Assembly: GCA_036785375.1 (NCBI GenBank)
Contig: JAWMAR010000367.1
Span: 124,001 to 188,000, forward strand
Source: Leucoraja ocellata
Taxonomy: Eukaryota
Direction: 5' to 3'
DNA length: 64,000 nt
Below the pieces are notes generated by a model. The model ran no database searches. It worked only from the letters and a program-made list of their open reading frames with translations, and was not told where the DNA came from. Position 1 is the stretch's first letter, and each line of letters begins with the position of its first letter. The position numbers and the translations under genes were made by a program. Shown here piece after piece: positions 12,401-26,132 of the stretch.

Positions 12401-14179
12401 ACAGACCACAGGTTCCTGATCCTCTCCCTTACGCCCGAGGAGTTCACACCTGCAATATCTTGGCCCGCTCCCCGCTTCCCACACCTCCTCCCTGCTCTAA
12501 TTCTCAGAATCTTCCAGGAAAAAAAAATCAGGATGACAGATCATCCATTATTCCGTTCACTCAGGCACGTCTTGAGATTCCTCTCCACCACAAGACCATA
12601 ACCATCTGAAGGCCACTGCGGGCAGATGTTATGGGGCAGATCACCACAGGGAAGGCTGTGGAGGCCAAGTCACTGAATACTGTTGACATATTCTTGATTA
12701 GTAGGAGTGTCAGGGGTTATGTGGAGATGGCAGGAGAAGGGGGTTGGAGGGAATGTTAGATCAGACATGATTGAATGGCGGAGCAGGTCTGATGGACTGA
12801 ATGGCCTAATGCTGGATTTATGCCAATTATGCCAGTTGTGAGTCTGTGGAATTCTCTCCCTCAGAGGGCAGTGGAGGCCGTTTCTATGGATGCTTTCAAG
12901 AGAGAGCTAGATAGGGCTCTTAAAGATAGTGGAGTCAGGGGATATGGGGAGAAGGCAGGAACGGGGTACTGATTGTGGATGATCAGCCGTGATCACATTG
13001 AATGGTGGTGCTGGCTCGAAGGGCCGAATGGCCTCCTCCTGCACCTATTGTCTATTGTCTATTGTCTATTGACCTGCACATCTCCATTGGACGTTGCCAA
13101 TCTCATCTTAATTCTATGCCCTGAAGTTTTTGCGTGTTGGAGGAGAAAAAAATGTTTTGCTTTCTTGTTGATTTTGGGGATCTGATACAGGATAAGTGTA
13201 TCGTCTTTTCACCGATGATTCATCCATGAGAACTGTCGCCCGTAGCTGTGTGACGAGCTTTGTGTGACAGGTGTGAAAGGACGAGGCAAACCACAACACA
13301 AGCCCTTCCTGTTCACCAGTTCCCCGATGTTGCACATTCGCTGAAATTTAGAAGGATGAGAGGATATAGCATAGAAACATATACAATTCTTAAAGGATTT
13401 GACAGACTAGATGCAGGAAAAATGTTTTTTATGTTGGGGGAGTCCCGAACCAGGGGTCACACAGTTTAAGAATAAGGGCTAAGCCATTTAGGACTAAGAA
13501 GAGAAAACACTATTTCACACAGAGAGTTGTGAATTTGTGGAATTCTCTGCCACAGAAGGTGGCGGAGGCCAATTCACTGGATGGTTTTAAAAAGAGTTAG
13601 ATTTATGACTAAAAGAATCAAGGGATATGGGGAAAAGCAGGAACGGGGTACTGATTTTAGATGATCAGCCATGATTCGGCTTGTTCTCGCTAGAATGTAG
13701 AAGATTGAGGGGGGATCTTATAGAAACTTACAAAATTCTTAAGGGGTTGGACAGGCTAGATGCAGGAAGATTGTTCCCGATGTTGGGGAAGTCCAGAACT
13801 AGGGGTCACAGTTTAAGGATAAGGGGGAAATCTTTTAGGACCGAGATGAGGAAAATATTTTTCACACAGAGAGTGGTGAATCTCTGGAATTCTCTGCCAC
13901 AGAAGGTAGTTGAGGCCACAGTTCATTGGCTATATTTAAGAGGGAGTTAGATGTGGCCCTTGGGGCTAAAGGGACCAGGGGGTATGGAGAGAAGGCAGGT
14001 ACAGGATGATCAGCCATGATCATATTGAATGGCGGTGCAGGCTCGAAGGGCCGAATGGCCTACTCCTGCACCTATTTTCTATGTTTCTATGTTTCTATGA
14101 TCATATTAAATGGTGGTGCTGGCTCAAAGGGTGAAATGGCCTACTCCTGCACCTATTTTTCTATGTTTTTTTATGCTTA

Positions 14180-14610
14180 GTTCTGACAATGGGGCTTCAA
14201 CATGAAACATTGAGCGTATGATGGCACTGGGCCTGAACTCGCTGGAGTTTAGAAGGATGAGTGATATCCACAATGAAGTTTTGTTTTCATTTTATTGTGA
14301 ATATTATTTCAATATTTTAATCAATATTTTTGATTTTAAACAAAAAGGAATTGTGAAGTTTCGCCCGCTCAGCCTCTCCTTATTCCAGAGACTGTAAATA
14401 ATGATGGGGCAGTGGAAATTGATGATGGGTGAGTAGAGGAAATGAAGGAGCTAATAGTCGTGGCAGCTGCAGGAAATTAGTTCCCCTCACCTTGCATCAG
14501 CCTGTGAGTGACATCAAAGTGGTAGCTAGTGAGCTCCACACTCACTGAAGTGTCACAAGTGAGTCAATAGTATGTGCCAATCCTTCAATGGCTCAACACG
14601 GTCAGGTTTG
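14180..14610. repeat. Local segmental duplication, copy 1 (copy 2 at ~16790-17222)
   Basis: ~430 bp near-identical block from ctgacaatggggcttcaacatg to ctcaacacggtc. Confidence 0.9.
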
Positions 14611-16159
14611 TAATTAAAACACAAGGAGGTGAAAATTTGTTTGAGAAAGGGAAGGAAGTTATTGATGACATATACGTACGCTCAGTTAGTTCATGTAAAT
14701 TTCTGTGCCAAGAGTTCAAATTTGGCCCCTGTTCCATACTCTAAAGGGGCTTGCTCCGTACATTTCTCACCCGCCATCCTCATCTCTGGACATCTCTGTG
14801 TGTAGGGGAGAGGGTAGCAGGACCGAGGATGTCTTGGTTGGGTTGCCCCTGAGCCTGGCCAAGCTGGCCATTTCCGTGGGTCACGGTGCCAGGCGGATGA
14901 TGGCTCTGCCCGAGCTGGCTGCCCGTCCTTTTTCCGGGGTTATGTCTGCATCCGAGTGGTGTTAGAGTGGGACTACGCACTGTCCAGGGAACCACGGGGG
15001 GGTTGAATGCATGCTTGACATTGAGTGTAAGATAGTTCTACCTGGATAAAAATGCTGGCGAAACTCAGCGGGTGAGGCAGCATCTATGGAGTGAAGGAAT
15101 CGTACATCACCTATTCCATCGCTCCATAGATGCTGCCTCACCCGCTGAGTTTATCTACCTTCAATTTTTCCAGCATCAGCAGTTCCTTCTTAAAATAGTT
15201 GTATAACAGTTTATCGTTTGTCGTGTATTAAGGTGGTGGTTTCTGTTTTATTTTCACTGTACTGTATATATTATTTTAATATTCGAGTAAATATTTTTGA
15301 TTTTATAAAAATAGTTCAAATATTTGATAAGTTAATTCTCAGTTGAAATCTCAATAGTTTAATTTAGAGATATGGCATGGAAACAGGGGCCTATGACTCA
15401 TCGGGTCACTGCCAGCCAACAATCACTCCTGCACGAGTTCTATCCGACACACCGAGGATAATTTACAGAACCCTACAAGTCCAAGATGCTGGAGTAACTC
15501 AATGGGCCAGGCAGCATCTCTGGATAGAAGGAATACGTGACGTTTCTGGCTGAAACTTTTCTTCAGAGTGAGATTCGGGGGGGGGGGGGGGGGGGGGGGC
15601 GGCTCTGGTTCCACACTCCCCCAATTAGGGAATGGGACAACAGCATCTTGTCCGTGACCAGAGATGATGCTAAGATTATTTGTTTATTATCTGTTATTTG
15701 TTTTTAAATCTCTGAATGGGCTCGCCCCGCCTTACCTCTCTGAGCTGCTCCACCCATACGCTCCTGCCCGGTCCCTCAGGTCAGCTGGTCAGCTGCTCCT
15801 GGAGGTACCGAGGTCTAGTCGGAGGCTCAGAGAGGATAGAGCCTTCTCTGTTGCTGCTCCGGCACTTTGGAACACCCTGCCGTTGCACATCAGACAGGCC
15901 CCCTCACTGTCCATCTTCAAATCCAGTGTTAAAACGCATTTGTACTCCCTGGCTTTTGACCATGCCTGAGGCTTTGCTTCTGTTTGTGGTGTTTTTGATG
16001 TTTCTTTATTTTACACGTCTTTTCCTACTATTTCTTTTGATTGTTATTTTTGGTGTGTATTGACTTTTTTTGTCAATGATTAGTGATGTACAGCACTTTG
16101 TTGCAGCTATGTTTATTTTTAAAGTGCTTTATAAATAAAATTATTATTATTATTATTAT

Positions 16160-16790
16160 TATTAAGATAGGTGGATGAGCAGGCAGTGTTGTAGAGGAAG
16201 CAAGGACTCTGCAGAAGGACTTGGACAGGTTGGGAGACTGGGCAGAAGCGAGGCAGTTGAAATTCAATGCAGCAAAGTGCAGAGTCATGCATTTTGGTAA
16301 TAGGAGTCCAGAAATCGGAGGTAGAGACGGACTTGGGAGAGATGGTGCAGAAGTCCCAAAAAGTTAATTTGCAAGTCGAATGGGTCGACTAGCAAGTCAT
16401 TTGCCAATTAGGAAAGCTAATTCCTTTTATGGCATCAAGAGGGCTTGTATACAAAAACAGGGATGTAATGCTGAGGCTCTATAAGGCGCTGGTCCGCCCG
16501 CATTTGGAAAATTGTGAACAAATTTGGGCCCCATGTCTGATGAAGGATGTGCTGGCTGTGGAGAGGGTCCAGAGGAGATTTACAAGAATGATTCCAGGAA
16601 TGAGTGGGTTAGCATATGATGAGCGTTTGTCGGCACTGGGCCTGTACTCGCTGGAGTTCAGAAGAATGAGGGGGGACCTCATTGAAACTTACAGAATAAT
16701 GAAAGGCTTGGATAGAGTGGATGTGGAGAGGATGTTTCCACTGGTGGGAGAGTCTAGGAGAGTCTAGGTCACAGCCTCAGAATTAAATGG
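16160..16790 (+). mobile_element. CR1-like LINE RT 3' fragment
   Basis: LQKDLDRL..W...[29 protein letters not shown]. Confidence 0.85.
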
Positions 16791-19700
16791 CTCTGACAAT
16801 GGGGCTTCAACATGAAACATTGAGCGTTTGATGGCACTGGGCCTGAACTCGCTGGAGTTTAGAAGGACGAGTGATGTCCGCAACACTGCCTAGGTTTTGA
16901 TTTTATTGTATTGTGAATATTATTTCAATATTTTCATAAATATTTTTGATTTAAAACAAAAAGGAATTGTGAAGTTTCGCCCGCTCAGCCTCTCGTTATT
17001 CCAGAGACTGTAAATAATGATGGGGCAGTGGAAATTGATGATGGGTGAGTAGAGGAAATGGAGGAGCTAATATTCGTGGGAGCTGAGGAAATTAGTTCCC
17101 CTCACCTTGCATCAGCCTCTGAGTGACATGAAAGTGGTAAACTAGTAAGCTCCACACTCACTGAAGTGAGTCAATAGGATGTGCCAATCCTTCAATGGCT
17201 CAACACGGTCTGGATTGTAATTGGGAGCTCCAGGAAATTAGTTCCCCTCATCTTGCATCAGCCTCCTCCAGCACCTATTTTCTATGTTTCTGTGTCCCAT
17301 TGATATAGACAGGATTGTGGGTCCCTATCCTACCCCTTCCAAAGTCCACAATCAGTTCCTTGATTTTGCTGGTGTTGAGAGTCAGGTTATTGTGTTGGCC
17401 GAGGGAAGTTAATACGTGGAACTCGTGGCTGTGGATGCCATGTCAGTGGATATTTTTAAGGTAAGTACAGTATAGACACATTCTTGATTAGAACGGGTGT
17501 CAATGGTTATGGGGAGAATGCAGGAAACTTGGATGAGGAGGATAACATTGCAAATGTGTGCAGGCAAGTCGGCACATGTACAGGTTACATCGAAGGGGAA
17601 CTGATTTAACGGAAAATTGCCACATGCTGTAGTCAGACTCACACACACAGGAAGGGATGAGAGACAAGCATTGCAAGAGACATTACTCACTCGGCAGCCC
17701 TTCACTGGAGTTGAGACCACATCCGGAGCCAGGCCTGAAGACACGTGTGGGCTAGTGTAGACATAAACATAGAAAACAGGTGCAAGAGGAGGGCATTCGG
17801 CCCTTCGAGCCAGCACTGTCATTCATTGTGATCATGGCTGATCATCCCCAATCAATAACCCGTGCCTGCCTACTCCCCATATCCCTTGATTCCACTAGCC
17901 CCTAGAGCTCTATCTAACTCTCTGTTAAATCCATCCAGTGACTTGACCTCCACTGCCCTCTCTGGCAGGGAATTCCACAAATTCACAACTCTCTGGGAGA
18001 ATATTTTTTTGCTCACCTCAGTCTTAAATGACCTCCCCTGTGGCCTCTGGTTCTGGACTCGCCCAACATTGGGAACATTTTTCCTGCATCTAGCTTGTCC
18101 TGTTCATTTATAATTGTATATGTTTCTATAAGACCCCCCCTCATCCTTCTAAACTCCAGTGAATACAAGCCTAGCCTTTTCAATCTTTCCTCATATGACA
18201 GTCCCGCCATCCCAGGGATCAATCTTGTGAACTTACGCTGCACTGCCTCAATCACAAGGATGTCCTTCCTCAAATTAGGAGACCAAAACTGTACACAATA
18301 CTCCAGATGTGTTCTCACCAGGGCCCTATACAACTGCAGAAGAACCTCTTTACTCCTATACTGAAATCCTCTTGTTATGAAGGCCAACATTCCATTAGCT
18401 TTCTTCACTGCCTGCTGTACCTGCACGCCAACTTTCAGTGACCGGTGTACAAGGACACCCAGCGTAGAGTAGTTGCCCACTGAGTGCCACGTGCATCGGC
18501 TGCAGACCATCCTTTGAACCAGAAGCTGCAAGTTCGAATCAAGGCCGAAGGGCCTGTTTCCACCCTGTTTCCTCCCGCCTAGATTACTGCAACTCCCTCT
18601 ACACTGGCATCAGCCAATCTTCCCTGTCCCGCCTGCAACTGGTCCAAAACGCCGCAGCGACACTCCTGATGGGCACCCGAAAAAGGGACCACATCACCCC
18701 GATCCTGGCGAAGCTCTCTCCACTGGCTCCCTGTGCGGTTCCGTATAAACTTCAAGATCCTCCTCCATGTCTACAAAGCCCTCAATGGGCTTGGTCCCAC
18801 CTACATAAAAAGTCTTCTCACCCACCACTCCACCTCCAGGCCCCTCAGATCGGCCGACTTAGGATTGCTGAACATCCCGCGGTCTAGGCATAAGCTCAGG
18901 GCGATCGACCGCGTCTTTGCGGTTGCAGCTCCTAGACCTCTTCCCATCAGAACTGCCCCCTCCATCGACTCCTTCAAGTCGAGACTTAAAACTCATCTTT
19001 ACTCCCAAGCCTTTCTTGACGTCCTCTGAGCGAGCGGTAAATGTATGTATTTATGTATGTACTTAATCTATGAACCAATGTTGTATAACGTTAGTATCTC
19101 CACCAAAGTAAAGCACTTTGGCCAACGAGTTGTTTTTTAAATATGCTATAGAAATAACAGTGACTTGACTTGACTTGACTGTAACTCTTAAGTCTAAAGG
19201 CACCTCTGGGGCTAGGATTTCAAGGGGTCTGTGGTGGCTGCTATTAAATGGTCCACACCACTGCTCCATATTGTATGAGGCGGGGAGAATTGACGGGGAC
19301 AGAAGGAACTGCAGATGCTTAAATCTTGAGTAAAACAACAAAACAATAGACAATAGGTGCAGGAGAAGGCCATTCGGCCCTTCGAGACAGCACCGCCATT
19401 CAATGCGATTTTGCCCTTTTGCTTGACATTCCAGCATGTGGACTTCCTGTGCCTCCTTCCTCTCCGCACATTTGTCCAAATGAAGCCGTGTTTTCACTAT
19501 CGAGGCCCCTCAGTGTTTTGCACACCTCCGTTCCAATCCACAATAGACAACAGTGGAGGAGTAGAGGCCATTCTGCCCTTCGAGCCAGCACCGCCATTCA
19601 ATGTGATCATGGCTGATCATCCCCAATCAGTACCCCGTTCCTGCCTTCTCCCCATATCCCCTGACTCCGCTATCTTTAAGAGCCCTATCTAGCTATCTCT

Positions 19701-22700
19701 TGAAAGTATCCAGAGAACCGGCCTCCACCGACCTCTGAGGCAGAGAATTCCACAGACTCACCACTCTCAGTGAGAAATAGTGTTTCCCTCGTCACCATAC
19801 TAAATGACTTACCCCTTATTCTTAAACTGTGGCCCCTGGTTCTGGACTCCCCCAACATCGGAACATGTTTCCTGCCTCTAGCGTGTCTAAACCGTTATTA
19901 ATCTTATATGTTTCAATTAGATCCCGTCTCATCCTTCTAAACTCCAGAGTGTACAAGCCCAGCCGCTCCATTCTCTCAGCATATGACAGTCCCGCCATCC
20001 CGGGAATTAACCTGGTAAACCTACGCTGGGCTCCCTCAATAGCAAGAATGTCCTTCCTCAAATTAGGGACCAAAACTGCACACAATACTCTGGTGTGGTC
20101 TCACTAGGGCCCTGTACAACTGCAGAGGGCCTATTTGCTCCTATACTCAACTCCTCTTGTTATAAAGGGCAACATGCCATTCCCTTTCTTCACTGCCTTC
20201 TGTGCCTGCATGCTTACTTTCATTGACTGATGAACAAGGACCCCCAGAACCGGTTGTACTTCCCTTTTTCCCAACAACACCATTTAGGTAGTAATCTGCT
20301 TTCCTGTTTTTGCTACCAAAGTGGATAGNNNNNNNNNNNNNNNNNNNNNNNNNNNNNNNNNNNNNNNNNNNNNNNNNNNNNNNNNNNNNNNNNNNNNNNN
20401 NNNNNNNNNNNNNNNNNNNNNNNNNNNNNNNNNNNNNNNNNNNNNNNNNNNNNNNNNNNNNNNNNNNNNNNNNNNNNTCGAGACCCTTCTTTTGTGACCC
20501 GAAACGTGCCCATTCCTTCTCTCCAGAGATGCTGCCTGTCCTGCTGAGTTACTCCAGCATTTTGTGTCTACCTTCGATTTAAACCAGTATCTGCAGTTCT
20601 TTCCTACACATTCTCCCCTCTTCCAGTTCTCTTCTCCACCACCCCCCCCCCCCCCTCTCACCCCCCTCTCACACACCCACCCCGAATCAGTCTGAAGAAG
20701 GGTTTAGACAAGAAACGTCGACTATCCATGTTCTCCACAGATGCTGCCTGACCCACTGGAGTTTCTCCAGCACTCTGTGTCCTTACATAGCTCACCACCA
20801 CCACCCAGCGGCCAGTGGACAAACTGCGGCTCTGCCCTCTGTTCAAAGTCGAGAAGTGTTGGATATTGCCCTTGACTCATACTCGCAGCATGGCCGTCAC
20901 GAGGTCGTAGGTAGTTCGTAGCAGTCCGTGATGTTAGCCGTATGTACTTGTGGCGTAAAGTAGGTCGGGGGCGTTTTTCTGATGAAAAATGTCCACGAGT
21001 TAAAAAGGTCGTGAATTAGGTCGTGAAAGTGGGACAGTGCCCTTTAAGTATTTAGTGTCCTTACCTCAGTGCAGCACGACATACAGGCATCAACTGGATT
21101 CGAATTAACGCCCCCGGGCACAAAGAGACGGCTTTGCATCGATGAGCCACTTTCGTGAGCTGAAAATGCTTAAAAACGCTTGATAAAGTAAAAATAATTC
21201 TGAAGAAGATAGACACAAAACGCTGGAGTATCTCAGCGGGTCAGGCAGCATCTCTGGAGAAAAGAATAGGTCAGGACTTTCATATGAAGAAAGACTGGAT
21301 AGACTCGGCTTGTACTCGCTAGAATTTTAGAAGATTGAGGGGGGATCTTATAGAAACTTACAAAATTCTTAAGGGGTTGGACAGGCTAGATGCAGGAAGA
21401 TTGTTCCCGATGTTGGGGAAGTCCAGGACAAGGGGTCACAGCTTAAGGATAAGGGGAAATCCTTTAGGACCGAGATGAGAAAAACATTTTTCACACAGAG
21501 AGTGGTGATTCTCTGCAACTCTCTGCCACAGATAGGTAGTTGAGGCCACAGTTCATTGACTATATTTAAGAGGGAGTTAGATGTGGCCCTTGTGGCTAAA
21601 GGGATCAGGGGGCATGGAGTGAAGGCAGGTACAGGATACTGAGTTGGATGATCAGCCATGATCATATTGAATGGCGGTGCAGGCTCGAAGGGCGAATGGC
21701 CTCTACTCCTGCACCTAGTTTCTATGTTTCTCATGTCACGTTTCAGGTCGAGATGCTTCTGAAGTGTGAAGAAGGGTCTCGACCCGAAACGTCACCGATT
21801 CCTCCTCATCCAGAGATGCTGCCTGACCACGCTGAGATACTCCAGCTTTTTGTGTCTATCTTCTCTTTAAGGCGGCATTTGTATTTCAATAAATAATTCT
21901 GATTCAGTCTCACTTTCAGTGTGGAGATGAGGTGAGGAATAATTAGATTATCTGCCAAATACAGGAAGCTGGCAGTCACCTCCATGTGACTGAAGGTTGA
22001 AAATTGGAGGGTCTGTTCACCACAGTCTGCTTATATATATTCCAGATAAGTTTCATTGAAAACCGTCGTGGGATTTCTCGTTATCAGTAAATGCATTTGG
22101 CATTCTGATATTTAACATAGAGGCGTGACAATGGGGAAGAATTATACATTAAATCAGTCATACATTCATTTATTCATAACTTAATAGCTGCGCTTCGCAA
22201 TCGGATGGTCTAACAGCAGAAACAATCCCTCTGGCGAATTCTTTCTAAAGGCTTATTATATAGCACAACGTGCACTGATGTGCACTGATTTGCGACTGTG
22301 TCTGCACCTGGTTAGTTTCTGATCTGCTGTTGGTATAAACATAGAAACATAGAAAATAGGTTCAGGAGTAGGCCATTCGGCCCGTCGAGCCAGCACTGAA
22401 ATTCAATGTGATCATGGCTGATCATCCCCAATCAGTATCCCGTTCCTGCCTCATCCACTGACTCCGCTTTCTTTAAGAGCCCTATCTAGCTCTCTCTTGA
22501 ACGTATCCAGGGAACCGGCCTCCACCGCCCTCTGAGGCAGAGAATTCCACAGACTCTCTGTGAGAAAAAGTGTTTCCTCATAGAAACATGGAAAATAGGT
22601 GCAGGAGGAGGCCAATCGGCCCTTCGAGCCAGCACCGCCATTCAATATGATCATGGCTGATCATCCCCAACCTATGTTCTCTCGCGAAATTCCCTCATCT

Positions 22701-23401
22701 CCGTTCTAAATGGCTTACCCCTTATTCTTAAACTGTGGCCCTTGGTTCTGGACTCCCCCAACATCCGGAACATGTTTCCTGCCTCTAGCGTGTCCAAACC
22801 CTTAACAATCTTATATGTTTCAATGACATCCTTCTAAACTCCACAGTGTACAAGCCCAGCCGCTTCATTCTCTCAGCACATGACAGTCCCGCCATCACGG
22901 GAATTAACCTTGTAAACCTACGCTGCACTCCCTCAATAGCAAGAATGTCCTTCCTCAAATTAGGGGACCAAAACTGCACACAATACTCCAGGTGTGGTCT
23001 CACTAGGGCCCTGTACAACTGTAGATAATTAAGAGATATTTAAAATCAGTGATTTAGTTGAAGCTGGTCACATCTCGAGGGTTAAATGTACTTTAGTCAG
23101 CCACCCACGCTCCATGAAGCAAACATGTCTCTCTTTAATTAACAGAATACTGAGTTTGATCGGACACGAGAAAATATGTTTATTGTTTGTAGATCAGGAG
23201 TGCCGAAATGCCACCTTGGTACTTCTGATGGCACACACTAATGTTACTCCGGTTGCACAGGTCCAGGTCGGCGCGAATTCCGGGCAACATGAATCTCTGA
23301 CCGGGCGACATTCAGCTGAAATATAAGAGAGTTCCATCGATCACCAACTCAACATTGACGAACTTGACTTACGAACGCCCGATTTACGAATTTTCGCAGT
23401 C

Positions 23402-23594
23402 AAGGGCCTGTCCCACTTGGGCGTCATTTACGCGTCACGCAGATGGCGCGCGAAGATTTTGTACATCCCAAAATCCTGGGGCGCCGCGCGCGACCGCGGG
23501 TCACTGCCTACGTCACCATGCACCATGCGTCGTGACGCGTGAATGATGCCGCGTAAATTACGCACAAATTACGCTAGAGTGGGACAGCCCCTTA
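23402..23594. mobile_element. Short non-autonomous DNA transposon (MITE) with GGG(C/G)CTGTCCCACT terminal inverted repeats
   Basis: aagggcctgtcccact...agtgggacagcccctta; related partial copies at ~3040-3135, 20870-21045, 31439-31630, 46748-47050. Confidence 0.7.
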
Positions 23595-24838
23595 CCCTTC
23601 TTCGGCTTCGACCCGAAACGCGGCTATTCCTTTTCTGCAGATATGCTGCTAAACCCGCCCAGTTACTCCAGCACTTTGACAGAACAGCATCTGCAGTTCC
23701 TTCCCACACATTATTCCTGTATGGACCTATTTTTCCCTGTAGCGAACATTACTTTTCACCCAGTTATTTGTTTTTCACTTTGGGGAATTTTCACTTTTCA
23801 GAATATTTCTGAAGGTCAGACTGGGTGGGAGCGCTGGATAGTTTACACCCCAGGGTATGAACATTGACTTCTCTAATTTCAGGTAGTCCTTACTGTCTTC
23901 TCCCCTTCTCAACTCTCCCTCAACCCACTGGCTCCACCTCTGCCTTCCTTCTCCCCCCCCCCCCCACCTCCCCACCACATCAGTCAGAAGAAGGGTTCTG
24001 CTCTTCCTATCTAACTCTCTCTTGAAAGTATCCAGAGAACCGGCCTCCACCGCCCTCTGAGGCAGAGAATTCCACAGACTCACAACTCTCTGTGAGAAAA
24101 AAATGTTTCCTCGTCTCCGTTCTAAATGGCTTGCCCCTTATTCTTAATTATTTCGTCACCTATCCTTTTTCTCCAGAGATGGTGCCTGTCCCGCGGAGTT
24201 ACTCCAGCATTTTATGTATATCTTCCTTGTAAAGCAGCATCTGCAGTTCCATCCTACACTCTTGACACCCCCACTAACCGAAAATATGTTAACCTCCAGC
24301 TGAAAAACACCCAACGACTTGGCCTCCATCGCCGTCTGTCTGTTGCGGTGAAAGAACTGGATTCATTGCGGCGCCCGCCTCTTTCAATGAATTCCACAGA
24401 CTCGCCACCCAAATTACTAAAGACATTTCTCCCCATCTCCTATCTAAAGTTCAGGATCGAACCCGGGTCGAATGCTTTGTGAGTTCGCGGCTCTACCACT
24501 GCGACATTGTGGCGACGGATTCCTGGGAATAGTTCCGCCTTTAATCTTTCTTCCCGGGCCAATTAGTTGAAAGACCTTTGAAAACATGAAGGTAGACAAA
24601 AATGCTGGATAAACTCAGCGGGTGAGGCAGCATCTATAGAGCGAAGGAACAGGTGACGTTACTTCAGACGACGGGTCGCGCCTTTGTAGTTGCAGCTCCT
24701 AGACTGTGGAACAGCATCCCTCTACTCATCAGAACTGCCCCCTCAATCTACTCCTTTAAGTCGAGACTCAAAACCTATTTCTACTCACAAGCCTATCTCT
24801 AAGTCCTCTGAGGGAGCGCTGTATGTATGTATTTATAA

Positions 24839-26132
24839 CAGTGGTTCTCAAATGGGGGTACGCGTACACCTGGGGGTACGTGAAGGCACTCCAGGGGGTA
24901 CGTGAGATTTTAAAATATAGGGCTACATATACAGGGCCGGCCTTAGGATGTGCGGGGCCCAATTGGGAACAATTTTGGTGAACCCCAGGTTCCCAGCCAA
25001 GGTGTGTCAGCCCAGTTATTTAGTATATATTATGAAATTGTACACTAGGTGCTATGGATTGTACACTGTGTGAATCTCTCCTGCTCCCTCCCGTTTGACT
25101 GTCAGTAGCTCCGCGGCTTCCAACCTTTACCGTAGCTGCTAATTACCATTAAACTGCATTATGTGATTGGACACAATGCCCTTGGAGACAGCGGCTGATT
25201 GGACGGAAGGAGACCTATTTGTTGATTGGACGGGTATTTTAAGGCAAGCTGGTTGGTGATTGGATGCAACCGCCTTAGAGACAGCGTTTGATTGGCCGCC
25301 AAATAACATGGTCAAATCTGCAACAAAAATCGCTGGTCGGTGCGAACTCAGTAACTATCTGGTTGTTTCTCCAAACTAAACAGTATAACATACAGGTACA
25401 TTCATTTAAAATTAAAGTCAGTGATGATTTCACATGATTTCTTACTGTGTAAAGCTCAATATCTGACCAATTTCTGTTTAACACGTTTGGTCTGCCGTGA
25501 GCATTTTTCTCTCCCAAAACAGTTCATATCTAGCAAATCGATGATAAATATATATATTTTTTATTCTTAGCAATTTCTGTTTTTATTTAAAATTAAGTTA
25601 ATGATTTCTTTTTGAGCACAGATCTTTACTATGATCCCAAAAGAGGACACTTTATGTTGATAATTATTTTTATGTGCATAAATCTTTATTTATAATTAAG
25701 TTAATTATTTCTTTCTTTTTTTTAGTTATATCTTTTTATTTCCAAATAGTTCAAGAGAGACCACTACAAATGAGCAATGTTTTGTACATTTATGGAGTTT
25801 TAAATGGTTCATTTTATAGTTTTAAATGGTTATATAGTCACTGTTTTCACTCCATTAGTTTGATTCACTACATTTTAGTGATGAGAAATATTTGCAATAA
25901 ATTTAGTCATGGATTATTAACATTTAAAATGTTCGAAATAGTTTTTTTTCAAATGTTTGAATTTTGTATGTGTTTATCAGTTCCAAAGTTTAATAAATCA
26001 GACACTGATGGCACAGTGCTCTGTTTTAAGTATTTTTTTTCAACCAAAAATGCTTTGCGCTGATTAGGGGGTACTTGGCTGAAAAAATATTTCACAGGGG
26101 GTATATCACTGAAAAAAGGTTGAGAACCACTG
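24839..26132. mobile_element. Non-autonomous hAT (Charlie-like) DNA transposon inserted in an L2 tail
   Basis: TIRs CAGTGGTTCTCAA...TTGAGAACCACTG with GGGGGTAC subterminal repeats; AT-rich interior without a transposase ORF; no clean 8-bp TSD. Confidence 0.75.

Noticed and set aside
13681-13950. Many 60-170 aa ORFs with [10 protein letters not shown] / TRGHSL / WNSLP motifs that look like a multigene family
   Set aside because: 5'-truncated CR1-like LINE ends, not host genes
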